DNA of 64,000 bases from contig NW_013657651.1 in NCBI RefSeq assembly GCF_000142905.1, forward strand, positions 124,001 to 188,000, read 5' to 3'. The notes under the pieces were generated by a model that was not told the DNA's origin, searched no databases, and saw only the letters and a program-made list of their open reading frames with translations. The translations under genes were made by a program, and so were the position numbers. Source of the DNA: Thecamonas trahens ATCC 50062 (taxonomy: Eukaryota > Protista > Apusomonadida). Every line of letters starts with the position of its first letter. The stretch's first letter is position 1. This document shows positions 1 through 10,821 of this stretch, piece after piece.

Positions 1-1
1 G

Positions 2-2740
2 CGCTCAGAGCTCGACGACGTCGAGCCGTGGCCTTTGGCCTCAGAGCAGCTCGACGGCCAGCCGAGCTCGATTGCACCTGGCGCGCTCCGCGCCTCGCTC
101 TCCAGCGATGCTCTCGCTGCCCTCAACCTGGACGATGTCGACAACTCGAGCGGCGAGGCGCAGACCCTGGTCCATCTTGCTGCGGCGTACGACATGGAGG
201 CGTTGGTGGTGGCGCTTGTCGGCCTCGGAGCCAGCTTTGATGCTCGCAACGGGCTTGGGTACACGCCGGTCGATGTCGCTGCTGGCGCGCAGTCGTCGTA
301 CGCGCTAGCAGCGCTGCTGGCGGTCGGCGCATCAGTGACCTGCGAGCTGAGCCGGGTCGAGGCAACACTGGGCGCAGTGGGTGCATCAGCGCGGCTGGTA
401 CACGAGCTTGTGACCCGACACGGCGCCGGTCCGCCTGGTGCCGGCGAGCTCAGCCTCGGTCCAGTTGCCTTTGAAAGCGCTATGGTCAACGCGCTCCTTG
501 CGCGAGACCATGAGCTTGTCCGGCTCCTCTTGGCACCGCCGATCTCGGTTGATGTCCATGCGACGGTAGAGTGGTCGGCAGAACTTCCCGTGCGATCGCG
601 GACGTCGCTGCTCCTGCTTGCGGCGCTCCTCGCTGACCACATAGCCATGATCGAGTTGCTACGTGCTGGAGCTGATCCGCGTGCGGCCGATGCGAACGGA
701 CTCACCCCTCTCCATGCACTGGTAGTCCAAAACTCGATGGCATCGCAGCGCGGAATCGACTTGCTTCTGGGCGCAGAGCGGCCGGCTGTCAACGCGACCG
801 ACCTCCACGGTCTGGCGCCAATCCATTATCTTGTCGACGCGCAGTTGTGGGATCCAGACTCACTGCGCGCTTTCAAGCCGGCATTGCGCGAAGCGCGGTT
901 GAACGCGCTGCTGTCAGCCGGCGCAGATCCCAACACGCCGACCAACTCGGGCGAGACGCCGCTCGGGCGCACGCTTATTGGCTCGGCCGGCTCGACTGAG
1001 CAGAGCGGCTTTCTTGCAGCACAGTCACGAATCGCCAGCATGCTGCTTCAAGCCGGCGCCGACCCTAATGCGCGTGATGCCGATGGGCGGACCATTTTGC
1101 ACCGTCTGGCGCATCTCGGCCTGGCTGCGGCAGCACTGTGGCTACTCGAGGCTGGTGCCGATCCGACTCTTGCCGACAGCACTGGAAAGACAACGCTCCA
1201 CGTCGCGGCTCGATCGGTAGCGACGTCAGAAATGGTGGCGACGTTCATTCCCGCGCTACTGCAAGCCAGCGGCTCGGCCCAGTACGTCAACTTGCGCGAC
1301 GGCGCGGGGCGGACGGCGCTGCACTATGCGGTGCTGGCCGGCTCGACCCCGACGATCCAGCTGCTGACTGCAGCAGGAGCGTCCGCGGTGAAGGACAATG
1401 ACGGCCTCTCGCCGTATGATCTGGTGCTGGACGCTGGCGAGGGCGGCGAGGCTGGCGGCGGGGGGAACGGGGCCAGCCCCGGGCCGGGTGGCCTCGGCAC
1501 CGTGCTAGTAGGCTCGGCAGCCGCCGGGCAAGAAGCGCGGCTTCGCGTTGCGCAGTGGCAGCGAATGTTTGATCAGCTCAAGGGTATGATCACGCTGGTA
1601 GTAGCAACGATCCAGCTGGCGGCGTTTGCGCTCGAGCTCGAGCTCGCGTGGCACTCGTCGGCGCAGGTGGCGGTGGACATTGCAGCTGCGCCACTACTTG
1701 CAGCCGCGCTGAGAAACGTCAACTTTGCGCTGCTGTTCTGGGCGGTGGCGAGCGGGCTCTTGCTCTTTACGCTCGCGTTCTGCTTCCGACGGTTCCGGCT
1801 TCACAAGATCGGGGCGGTGCTCACCTGGCTCTGCGCTGACATTCTGTTTGTCCCACTGCTGCGGGTGCTCGTTGCCAACTTTCGGTGCACCGATGGCGAG
1901 GTGGCGGCGGCGCCCAGCCAAGCCTGCTTTACAGGCTCGCACACGTACATGCTACTTGGCGCGACGGGGATGCTTGCTCTGTACATCCCGCTCACCTTTC
2001 GGCTTGTCCGACTCGACTTTCAACCCGAGGCCGTGTCCACGGCCTTCTCGCTCAACTGGGGTGCCGACGTGCTCCTTCTTAAGCGGTTCCGGCTGCACCG
2101 GATGACCAAGCGGGTCAACACCCGCCTGACAGACATCTTGCTCCACGCGCTCAAGCTTACACTAGTCTCAGTCTCGGTCATCATCTTTGACGAGATCGCG
2201 GTCCTGCTTGTTGTCTACATTGCCTTGTCGCTAGTCTACGTCACCGCCATCGCCTGGCGGCCGTCGTACGTCAGCCGGCGGGTCAACTCTGCCCAGCTCG
2301 GTCTCGCTGCGTCGACCGTTGGGGTTAACCTCGCCGCCGGCTCGGCATACCTCATCGATGACACCTCGTCGCTGGTCCCAGTCGCCGCCCTCGCCGCCGC
2401 CGTATTTGTCATCCCGCCGCTCGTTATGCTCGTCCACGCCAAGCTTTGCGTCACTTCGTCGGACCAGGAACGTGTCGAGCTCAACGAGGCGCTACAGACA
2501 GTCATCGAGACCGGCAACACGCTCACGCTTCTCCGCGATGGCGAGGTGGGGGCTTGCCCAGTGCCAGCGCGCCTGCCCAGTAGCTCGAGTGTAGCCCCCA
2601 AGACACAAAGCCCATTCATGATCCATCGCGCCTATGCTTGTCACGGCTTGGCCAGACTCGCCAGATGCAGCTGCATGTCGCGCAGGCGATCGATAACAGC
2701 CAGCGCGCGAACCTGCTGCTTCTCCAGCTCTGCCGTGTGA
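2..2740 (+). CDS. Ankyrin-repeat protein with C-terminal multipass (about 7-8 TM) membrane domain, 5'-partial
   Basis: Frame is open from base 2. Many ankyrin motifs (GYTPVDVAA, GLTPLHAL, GETPL, GRTILHRLA, GKTTLHVAA, GRTALHYAV) precede hydrophobic helices from about 1570-2440. One extra G in the G5 run at 2548-2552 would give ...EVGGLPSASAPAQ* with the stop at 2581-2583, removing the overlap with the next gene. Confidence 0.8.
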   Translation, partial: RSELDDVEPWPLASEQLDGQPSSIAPGALRASLSSDALAALNLDDVDNSSGEAQTLVHLAAAYDMEALVVALVGLGASFDARNGLGYTPVDVAAGAQSSYALAALLAVGASVTCELSRVEATLGAVGASARLVHELVTRHGAGPPGAGELSLGPVAFESAMVNALLARDHELVRLLLAPPISVDVHATVEWSAELPVRSRTSLLLLAALLADHIAMIELLRAGADPRAADANGLTPLHALVVQNSMASQRGIDLLLGAERPAVNATDLHGLAPIHYLVDAQLWDPDSLRAFKPALREARLNALLSAGADPNTPTNSGETPLGRTLIGSAGSTEQSGFLAAQSRIASMLLQAGADPNARDADGRTILHRLAHLGLAAAALWLLEAGADPTLADSTGKTTLHVAARSVATSEMVATFIPALLQASGSAQYVNLRDGAGRTALHYAVLAGSTPTIQLLTAAGASAVKDNDGLSPYDLVLDAGEGGEAGGGGNGASPGPGGLGTVLVGSAAAGQEARLRVAQWQRMFDQLKGMITLVVATIQLAAFALELELAWHSSAQVAVDIAAAPLLAAALRNVNFALLFWAVASGLLLFTLAFCFRRFRLHKIGAVLTWLCADILFVPLLRVLVANFRCTDGEVAAAPSQACFTGSHTYMLLGATGMLALYIPLTFRLVRLDFQPEAVSTAFSLNWGADVLLLKRFRLHRMTKRVNTRLTDILLHALKLTLVSVSVIIFDEIAVLLVVYIALSLVYVTAIAWRPSYVSRRVNSAQLGLAASTVGVNLAAGSAYLIDDTSSLVPVAALAAAVFVIPPLVMLVHAKLCVTSSDQERVELNEALQTVIETGNTLTLLRDGEVGACPVPARLPSSSSVAPKTQSPFMIHRAYACHGLARLARCSCMSRRRSITASARTCCFSSSAV

Positions 2741-3090
2741 GCAGCCTGATTGGCGAGACCGTCCTTGCCCGCCTGGCCGGCCCCAGGCGTAGCTTGTCCA
2801 CTCCCAGTACCCCCCGGCATCAATCCCACCATCTGCACAGCACCATGACCATCACCAGCCCTTGCTGGCGTTGGAGTAGCCTCCATCGCCGCCGTCAGCT
2901 GGCTGCATGTCTCCTCCAGCTGGGACTGGACCCGCACCACAATAGCCTTGACATCTTCCAGAGCAGCAGCAGGTGGAGGTGCATCTGTGTTAATGGGATG
3001 GGGGGGGGGGGGGGGGGGTGAGGGGGTGGGAGGGGGGGGGGGGAGGGGGAGGAGAGGGGAGAGGGTCTTGTGCGACACGGGCTGACACAG

Positions 3091-3124
<34 letters not shown>

Positions 3125-3298
3125 ACACACACACTCACTCACTCACACTCAAACACGTCAGCACCGTATTCGTGGCGTACCGGGGGCGTGCAGGGCGGCG
3201 TTCTCGAAGACTTCAACAAGCTTCTGCGCGGCCACCACATACTCGTGGACAAGGCCCTCGCCACGCCTGGCAAGGGCGGCGATGCGGCCAGATTCCAT
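2641..3298 (-). CDS. MED30: Mediator subunit MED30-like, 2 exons (3298-3181, 2984-2641)
   Basis: GT-AG intron 3180-2985 joins the exons in phase 1. N-terminal IAALARRGEGLVHEYV resembles MED30 SLCRIGQETVQDIV; C-terminal QVRALAVIDRLRDM resembles QLKQIMDQLRNL. Confidence 0.6.
3087..3150. repeat. (CA)n/(CACT)n microsatellite in the MED30-like intron, next to poly-G tracts at 3000-3060
   Basis: Directly visible in the sequence. Confidence 0.9.
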
Positions 3299-3490
3299 GG
3301 AAGAGGGGGAGGGGAATGAGGGTGGGGGAGGGGGTGCAGGTGGGGGTGAGAGATCGGTCGGTGAGAGGGGTGTGCCAGGACCGGCGGCCGGCAACAGCAT
3401 CTCGGCCCAGGAGGCTCGCCGCCGCCAACCGGCAGCAGCAGGGCTCCTGTCGGCGAGAAGGCCGCCAAACCCACCCCTCGCAAAGTCACA

Positions 3491-3518
3491 TCATATGTCA
3501 CGTTTTAACTGTCTGACG

Positions 3519-3555
<37 letters not shown>

Positions 3556-6500
3556 CGTCGATCTGAGAAACCGCAAGCTCGATCTGGTCACGGATCCGCG
3601 AGTGCTGCATCCGCTCCATGTGCAGCTCGTCCTCCATCTGCCGAGTGGCGAGGACAGATGCCGCGAGCTCAGATTCGCGCTCGAGAAGGGTCATCTGGAG
3701 GTGAGACGCTCGATCCTGAATGCGGGCCACCTCGCTTTCGAGCCGGTCGACTTGCCGGCGGAGCTCGTCGCTCTCGCGCCGCTGCGTCGCCAGATCCGAC
3801 CGAGCGCTTGCCGCCGCCGCCTCGGCCTGCACCAGCTGCGCCTCCAGCTCACGAACTCGGGTCTGCAGCCGCCGCGCCTCGTCCGACGTCGCCGCCAGCT
3901 GCTGCTCTTGGCTAGTCGCCCGCACCATTTCTCGCCGGAGATCGGCTGCCTCACGCTCGGCCGCCTCGGCTCGTGCCTCGGCGGCAACCAGCTGCGCCCG
4001 CACCCGCTCGAGCTGCTGCTCGGCCGCCTGCGCCCGTGTCGTGGCATCGCGCGATGTTCGCTCGATCTGCATGGTCCGTGTCCGCGCCTCCGACACCGAT
4101 GCGTCCAGCCGCGTCGACGTGATCGACGCCTCCGAAAGCTGCACGGCCAGCTGCCGCTTCGACGAGTCGAGATCGTCGATAGTTCGCTTGGCGAGCGCGA
4201 GCTCGGCCTCGGCGCGGTCTGCCCGCTCGCGTACCTGCGCCACTTCACGCGTCAGCGCCGCTACCCGTGTCACGCTCTGTGCCTCGGACTCGCCAAGCCG
4301 CGCCGCCCGCGACCGTTCAGTCTCAATCCGCGCCTCGGCTTCGGCCAGCAGCGCCGACAGCGAGCCCACGTTTTCCTCCAGTCGTGCCGCCCGCGCGTGC
4401 AGTGACTGCGCTCCATCGAGCTCAGCGCTCAGCTGCACCACCATTGCCTCCTTCACCGCGAGTTCCTGTTCCAGCCGCTCCGCCTTGACTGCCGCGCCGC
4501 GCGTCGCCGCGTTGGCCTCCAAAACCTGCCGCTCAGCCTCGGTCACCCTGGCCCGCAGCGACTGGACCTGCGTCGTGAGGTTCTCGCTCTGCGACACAGC
4601 ATAGGCTCCCTCGTCGCTCTTGCGCTGCAACTCCGAGTTGAGCGCACGGGCCCGTTCCTCGGCCGCCGCAAGCTGCATCGACAGCGCTTCGGCCGACTTG
4701 GCCTTGGACGACTCGGCTCGCGCCTGCGACTCATACATCGCTAGCTGGGCTTGCGCCCCCTGCGTCGCCATCTCCAGCTTCAACGATGCTGCTGCCTCCT
4801 TAGCCGCAAGCTCACGTCCATGTGCCTCGTCCAACGCCGCCTTCATCTGCACAAGCTCCGTGCGCACGCTCTCGCTTCCCGCCTTGGCTTCGCCCAGGCT
4901 TGCCTCCAGCTGCTTGACCAGGGCCTGCAGCGACGCGTTGGTCGTCTCCAGGCCGGTCACTCGGTCGGTGGCACGCCGTGCCTCTTCACGCACCCGCTCT
5001 AGCTCGGCGGCGCATGATGCCTGCTTGTCAGCAGCGTTGTCCGACGAGACCTTCATCAGCGCAGCCTCGGCCTCGTGCCGCGCTTGCTGCGCAGCCAGCG
5101 TCGCCGCCTCGCGCATCGCAGTCTCACGCGCTATCGTCGCCTCGCGCGCCTGAGCCACGGCCTCTGATTTGTCCTTCTCCAATGCTGCCAAGCTCTCGCG
5201 TGCAAACGCTGCCTGTTGCTCTGCGGCTGCAGCCTTGGATGCCAGTTCGCGCACCTCGCGCTCGCGGCTGGTGCTCTCGCTCCGCAGCGCGTCGACCTCG
5301 CGCCGGGTCCGATCCAGCTCGTCGCGGAGTGCAGCCACGGTGCCACGCTCGGATTCGAGGTGCGCCAGCGCCTGGGACAGCTTCTCGTCCAAGCTCTCCA
5401 GCTGGCTCTGCTTGCTCTCGACCTCGATCGCAGAGCTCGCTGCCCCACTCCGCAGTTCCTGGATTGTCTCGTTGAGATCCGCTATCTTGGCGTGGAGCTG
5501 TGCGTTGGTGGCGAGGCCATCTGCTACGGCATCCTTCAGTGGCGCCAGCGACGCCGCCAGCGACTCGGACGTCGCCGCCTTGGACTCGGCTTGCATCACC
5601 GCTGCTTGTGCCCGCGCCTCGGCCTGCCGCAGCGCCGACACCTGGTTGGTCAGCGCTGCCACCTGTCGCTCGAGGTCTGGCACTCGCTGCGCCTCGGCTC
5701 TTGCAGCGTTGCATGCCTCGGTCAAGCTCTGCAGCGCAGCCTTGGTCGTCGCCAGCTCGACTTGGACCGCGCCCAGCTCGCGTGCAGCCTTCTGGTCGGC
5801 CGCAAACTGTGCCTCTTTGTGAGCCATGACCATGCTTGCGGCTTCATCGCGCGCCTGTGCCACCCGCTCATTTGCCTGTGCCACTTCGTCTTGCAGCGAG
5901 CGAATGCGACTCTCAGCCGCACTAACTGCTGCCGCCTCGCGCACGGCATCCTGCCGCGCTGCATCCAACTCCAGCCGCAGCTTGCTCAGCTGATGCTGCA
6001 TCTCCGACCGGGCCTTGGCAAGTGAGTCGAGCTCCGACTCGCGCGCCGCAAGCTTGCTTGCCGCCGCTGCTGCTGCTTCGTCCGCAGCCCGGACCGAAGC
6101 TGCCAGCTTGGCCTTGGCTGCCGACTGCGCGTCGCGCGCTGCACCCCGCGCAGCATCAAGCTCGTTGCGGAGGCCGTCGACCTTGGCCTGTGCCGCAGAC
6201 GCCTGTGCCGCAACATCCACATGCTGCATCTTGGCTGCCTGCAGCGCCTCGTTGAGCGTCTCGATCTTAGCCTGGCACTCGCGCACCGCCGCATTTTGAC
6301 CCGCCAGCGCAGTTTCGAGCCGGGCGTTTTCTGCCCGCGACGCGTCTAGGCTCGCACCCGTCTCCGCGTTCTTGCGCTCCAGGCTAGTGCGCATGCTCTC
6401 GCCATGAGCCCGAGCCTCGCGCAGCGCCTGCTCGAGGTTTGCCACCTTGTCAGTCGCCGCCGAGAGTTTGTGCTCGAGCTGCGAACTTGCGCGCAGAGCA

Positions 6501-9500
6501 GCATCAAGCTCGGCGTGGGTCTTCTCGCGTGCGGTCTGGCACTCGCGGAGCTCAAACTTGACATCGCGAACTTCGTCGCGCGCCACAGCCAGCTCGCGCA
6601 CTAGCGCCTCGGCCTTGCCCTCCCACTCGGACGCCGCTCGCGACGAGGACTCGATGCGTCCGGCCGCCAGCTGCAGCTCCGCCTTTTGCTGAGCCACCTC
6701 CCCGTCCAGACGCGCCGCCTTTTCCTCTACAGTCCGCAGGCTCTCGATCCGCGAGTTGGCGTGAGTGAGGTCTTGCTCCAGGTGCGTCACGCGCCCGGCA
6801 CTCCGCGATGCTTCGGCCCGCGCCTCACCGAGCTCATCGCGCACGCTGCGCAGTGTCTCTTCCAGCTCGCGGCGTGCCGCAATCACGGCCTCGCTGTCAC
6901 GGCTGAGCACGTCGTTGGCCCGGCGAGCTTCGGCAAGCTCAGCCTCGCGAGTCCGCAGCTTGGAGAGTGCATCGTCTTTGGACGCCGCCAGCGAGTCGGA
7001 CCTGGCCTCACTGCTCGCGAGTGCTGCCTTCAGGTCCGCGATGCTTTCGTGCGCGTGTGCAACCTTGTCATCAGCGAGTACCACCTTGTTCTCCAACTGC
7101 ATCAGCTTCGACTTTGCAGCGTCAAGCTCGGCGGTCTTGTCCTTGAGCTCAGCGGCAAGCGCAGTGTGCAGCTCCTTGGCGTCACGGCTCGCATCGCGAA
7201 CCGCATCAAGCTGCGCCGCAAGCTTGCCCAGCTGCGACTCGGTAGTTGCAAGTTCCGACTTGAGCCCGCGGGCTTCGTCGCTTGCTGCGGCCGCGGCCAC
7301 TACCGCAGCCTTGCGCGCAGCCTCTGCCTTTTCGGCCGTGGTCTGCGCTGCTGCCAGTTCGCGAGCAAGCGATGCTCCGGTCTTCTGAGCGGCGTCGAGA
7401 TCGTGTCGCAGCTCACGAATTTCGGTCTTGGTCTCGTCGTGCGCCGCAAGTGCAGCCGCAAGCTTGACGGCGGCATCGTCAATGGCAGCCGCATCGCGCT
7501 TGGACTGCTCATCAGCAGCAGCCAGCTGGGCTGTCAACGACGAGAGCTGAACTGCCAGCTCGTCGCGGGTCTTGGTCACTTGGTGAGTCGCGGTCTGGGC
7601 ATCTGCCGCCGTCGCCTTCGCCGCCGCAAGATCGTCCTTCAGTCGCTGGACCGTCGCCGCCGAGTGCTCGACTTGCATGCCGAGATGCAACACCTTCTTC
7701 TCGGACGCCAGTGACGCATCGGTAGCTTTGGTTAGCTGAGCCTCGAGGCGGCGCACGCTCTCGTCGCGGTCAGCGAGTTTTTCGCCAGCAGCCTCAACCT
7801 CGGACGTCAAGCTCGCGATTCGGGCCGATGCCGCCATGAGCTCGGCAGCGGTGGCGTCGCGCTCGCGGCTTGCCTGAGCCAGTGCCTTGGCAGTCGAGTC
7901 CAGCTCCTGCGCCATCGTCTTCTTGTCGCTCACGGCAGCAGAAAGGGCGTCCTGACGGTGGTCAAGCTTGCGACTCATTGATTCGAGATCGTGCGAGACG
8001 ATCTCGTGCTGAGTCTTGAGCTCCTGCAGCGCCTTGCGGGCGTCGCGGAGCTCTGACTCGACTTGCTCGCGCCGTGTGGTCTCGGCCTGCAGCTCCATCT
8101 TAAGCTGTGACATCTGGCGGTCAAGAATCGGGTCGGTTGCTTGCAGCGTCTGTGCCCGATGGGCCCGCTCCTCCTCTTCCCGTACCTTGCGGTGGAGCCG
8201 CTCGATCTCGGCGTTGGCATCGGTGAGCTTCTTGCGCATGCCCTGAATCTGGTCCTCGACCTCGGCCTCGACCCGGATGGCGACCCGCTGAAGCTTGCGC
8301 TCAGCCTGGTCAAGCTGGGCCTGCATCTGCATAATGACATGCTCAGCCTTGTCCTTCTCGTCCTCGATGTTCCGCGCGTAGTTGACAGTCCGGGTCAGCT
8401 TGGCCTGAACCCGCATTAACTCTTCGCGCAGCTCCTCGGCAGTAGCGGCACGGTCGCGGTACTGTGACGCCATCGATGTTGCCAGCGCCGAGGCTTCCAG
8501 CCGCGACCGCAGATTCGCAGTCTCGGCTGCTGTCGACTGGGCATGGTGCTTGACCTCATCGAGGCGGGCCACTGCCTGATTGTGCTGCGCCGAGAGCATG
8601 TCCAGCTCTGCCAACGCAGACGTGAGCGCGTCATGGTTGGATGCCGCCTCGCGTTGAGCATCCGCCAGCTGCTGCGAGAGCGTGATCTCACGATGCTGCG
8701 AAGCCTCCAGCTCGTCGCAAGCCTTGTTGAGCGCAGCGCGGAGCCTTGAGACCTCGGCCTCGAGGGTTGCATTGCGCTCGTCGAGCCGCCCATTGACCGC
8801 GGACGCTTCCTCGAGTTGGCTGATAGTATCGCCAAGCTGCTTGTGAAGCACGTCGTTGAGCGCGGTGAGCTCGTCGCGGTCAGCCTCGGCCTGGGCCGCC
8901 GACGCCGATGCCGACTTGGCTGTGGCCCTCGCCGAGTTGAGCTCGTTGCGGCACTTGGCAAGCTGCTTGGTGGCAGTTGTGTGGGCCTTGGCTGCTGCCG
9001 CAGCCCGCTCCGACTCGACCCGCAGGCGCTCGGTAGCGTCCTTGGCCTCAGCCTGTGCATGCTGGCTTTCATCGACAGCGGCGGCGAGCTTGTCCTGTGA
9101 TGCCGCAAGCAGCTTAGTCAGAGTGGCATTGTCGACGGTTGCGGCGTCGAGCGCAGCCGCCATTGACGGCTCCGAAGTAAAGCTGGCACCGGCCCCAGAC
9201 GCCGCGAAACCTAGCTGCCCGTCGACAGAGTCACCCGCTGCCGGATGCTGCCTCTGCGCTGGTGAGCCAAAGCCGGGTGCTCCATGGGGCATGCCATAAC
9301 CGCCGAGCAGCTCGCCAATGTCCGGATCCGAGCCGTAGAGTGGTGCGGCAACACGCGAGGCGTAGAGCAAGGTGGCGAGCGAGGCGTCGAGCTGATTGTC
9401 GTCATCCGATGCGGTGGCGATGAGCACGACGTGAGACGCTGGTGATAGCATATCCTTGAGAGCAGTAGTGAGCTTGGCATATGCGTAAGGGATGGAGCGG

Positions 9501-10381
9501 ACAAGAAGCGTAGCGTCGGGTGACTCGCGAGCGTGGCAGCGAAGTAGGGTGAGGACGGCGCGGAGCGCGTTGAGCGAACGGTTAACCTGTGCGGTGGCAA
9601 CCTCTGCCGACGGTAGGAGGACGAACCCGAGCTTGGATGTGGTGACAAAGCGGGTTCGCTGTGCGCGCGAGGTCTGACTCTGGGCGATGGTGAGGATAAG
9701 GACGACCGACGAGGCCTTGCGGTGCTCGACCGACTCACCCTTGGTCCGGCGGGCAAGGCGGGCGAGGAGCGGCTCGATGTCGCCCGGGTTGGCCAGCGGG
9801 CGAAGCGAAAGGCCCTCGACTTCCATGGCATCGCCGGCGGGGGCCTCGACTAGGCGCAGCGAACCCGATGCCGGGCGCAAAACGTCGACGAGCTCCTCGC
9901 CCGGACCGACCTGCAGCAGCGAGGCGTGGAGGGCAAAGCCGACCGAGTCCATGCCGGTCGGTGCGGGTGAGGCAGCAGCTTCGACGGATGCGCGCTTGCG
10001 CAGAAAGTAGAAGATGTCCTGCAGGGCGCGCAGGATGATGGATCGGTCGCCGCCGTCGCCGGTCCCGCACAGCAGGGCCAAGCGGCCGGTCCCTGTCCGG
10101 CCATGGACGGCCAGCAGGCCCGAGGCGCCTTGGAGGGCGGCAGCAACAAGCGGACGAACGGACGAGGCATACACGGCCTTGTTCGAGTCGGCCTCCGAGT
10201 ATACCGCATCGGCGCCAAACACCGTCGCTGAGCTCCCAGCCCCACCGCCCGGTGTGTAGCTCACGCAAGGCGGGTGGCGGTTGACGGACAGGACGCGCGC
10301 GCTGCCACCACGCGCCCCCGACGGCGACACCACTCGCAGCGCCACATGCACTGCGTCGGGTTCGCGGCTCCTGCTCTCCAT
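3491..10381 (-). CDS. Kinesin-like protein with degenerate motor domain and about 1,900-aa coiled coil
   Basis: Likely ATG at 10381 (MESRSREPDAVHVALRV). Kinesin motifs: VHVALRV, FGADAVY, HGRTGTGR (P-loop), IPYAYAKLTTALKDML, SLATLLYASR, followed by long heptad coiled coil. The 3' end probably has a short poly-C intron (donor GTAACC at 3556). Confidence 0.85.
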
Positions 10382-10821
10382 CCTCTGCACTTGCTTCTGA
10401 CTTGTGCTGGGGTGGAGGGGAGTGTGGAGGTGTGAGAATGGTGGGTGGTGAGGGCGGGGGTGAGGGCGGGGAGCAGGGGCAACGGCTGGCAAGGCGGCAG
10501 TTGGCGGACGGCTGGCAGACGGCCAGCGGTTTGGTTGGTGGTGGCTAGCCTTCCAGCATGTCTGATCGATGTAAACAATCGACTCTGCTGCACTTTATCC
10601 CTGATGCAACAGTAGTTGCTCCTCTTCGGTCGACACGTCTGCAGGTGTCGGACGTACGGTCAATGCCGTCGCTGGCGTGCAGGCAGGCCATCACCAGTGG
10701 AGGTGAGCAGTCTTTCTTTGTCCGACGATCTCTTTTTTCGCAAGTCCCACCTTTGACGATACCTCGTTCTCACTAACGACCACATCGCGACTAACATTGT
10801 TAAACAGTTCATTCATGGCAC

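Noticed and set aside
2641-2740. Apparent 100-bp antisense CDS overlap between the ankyrin-TM gene and MED30-like
   Set aside because: One extra G at 2548-2552 ends the ankyrin gene at about 2583 and removes the overlap.
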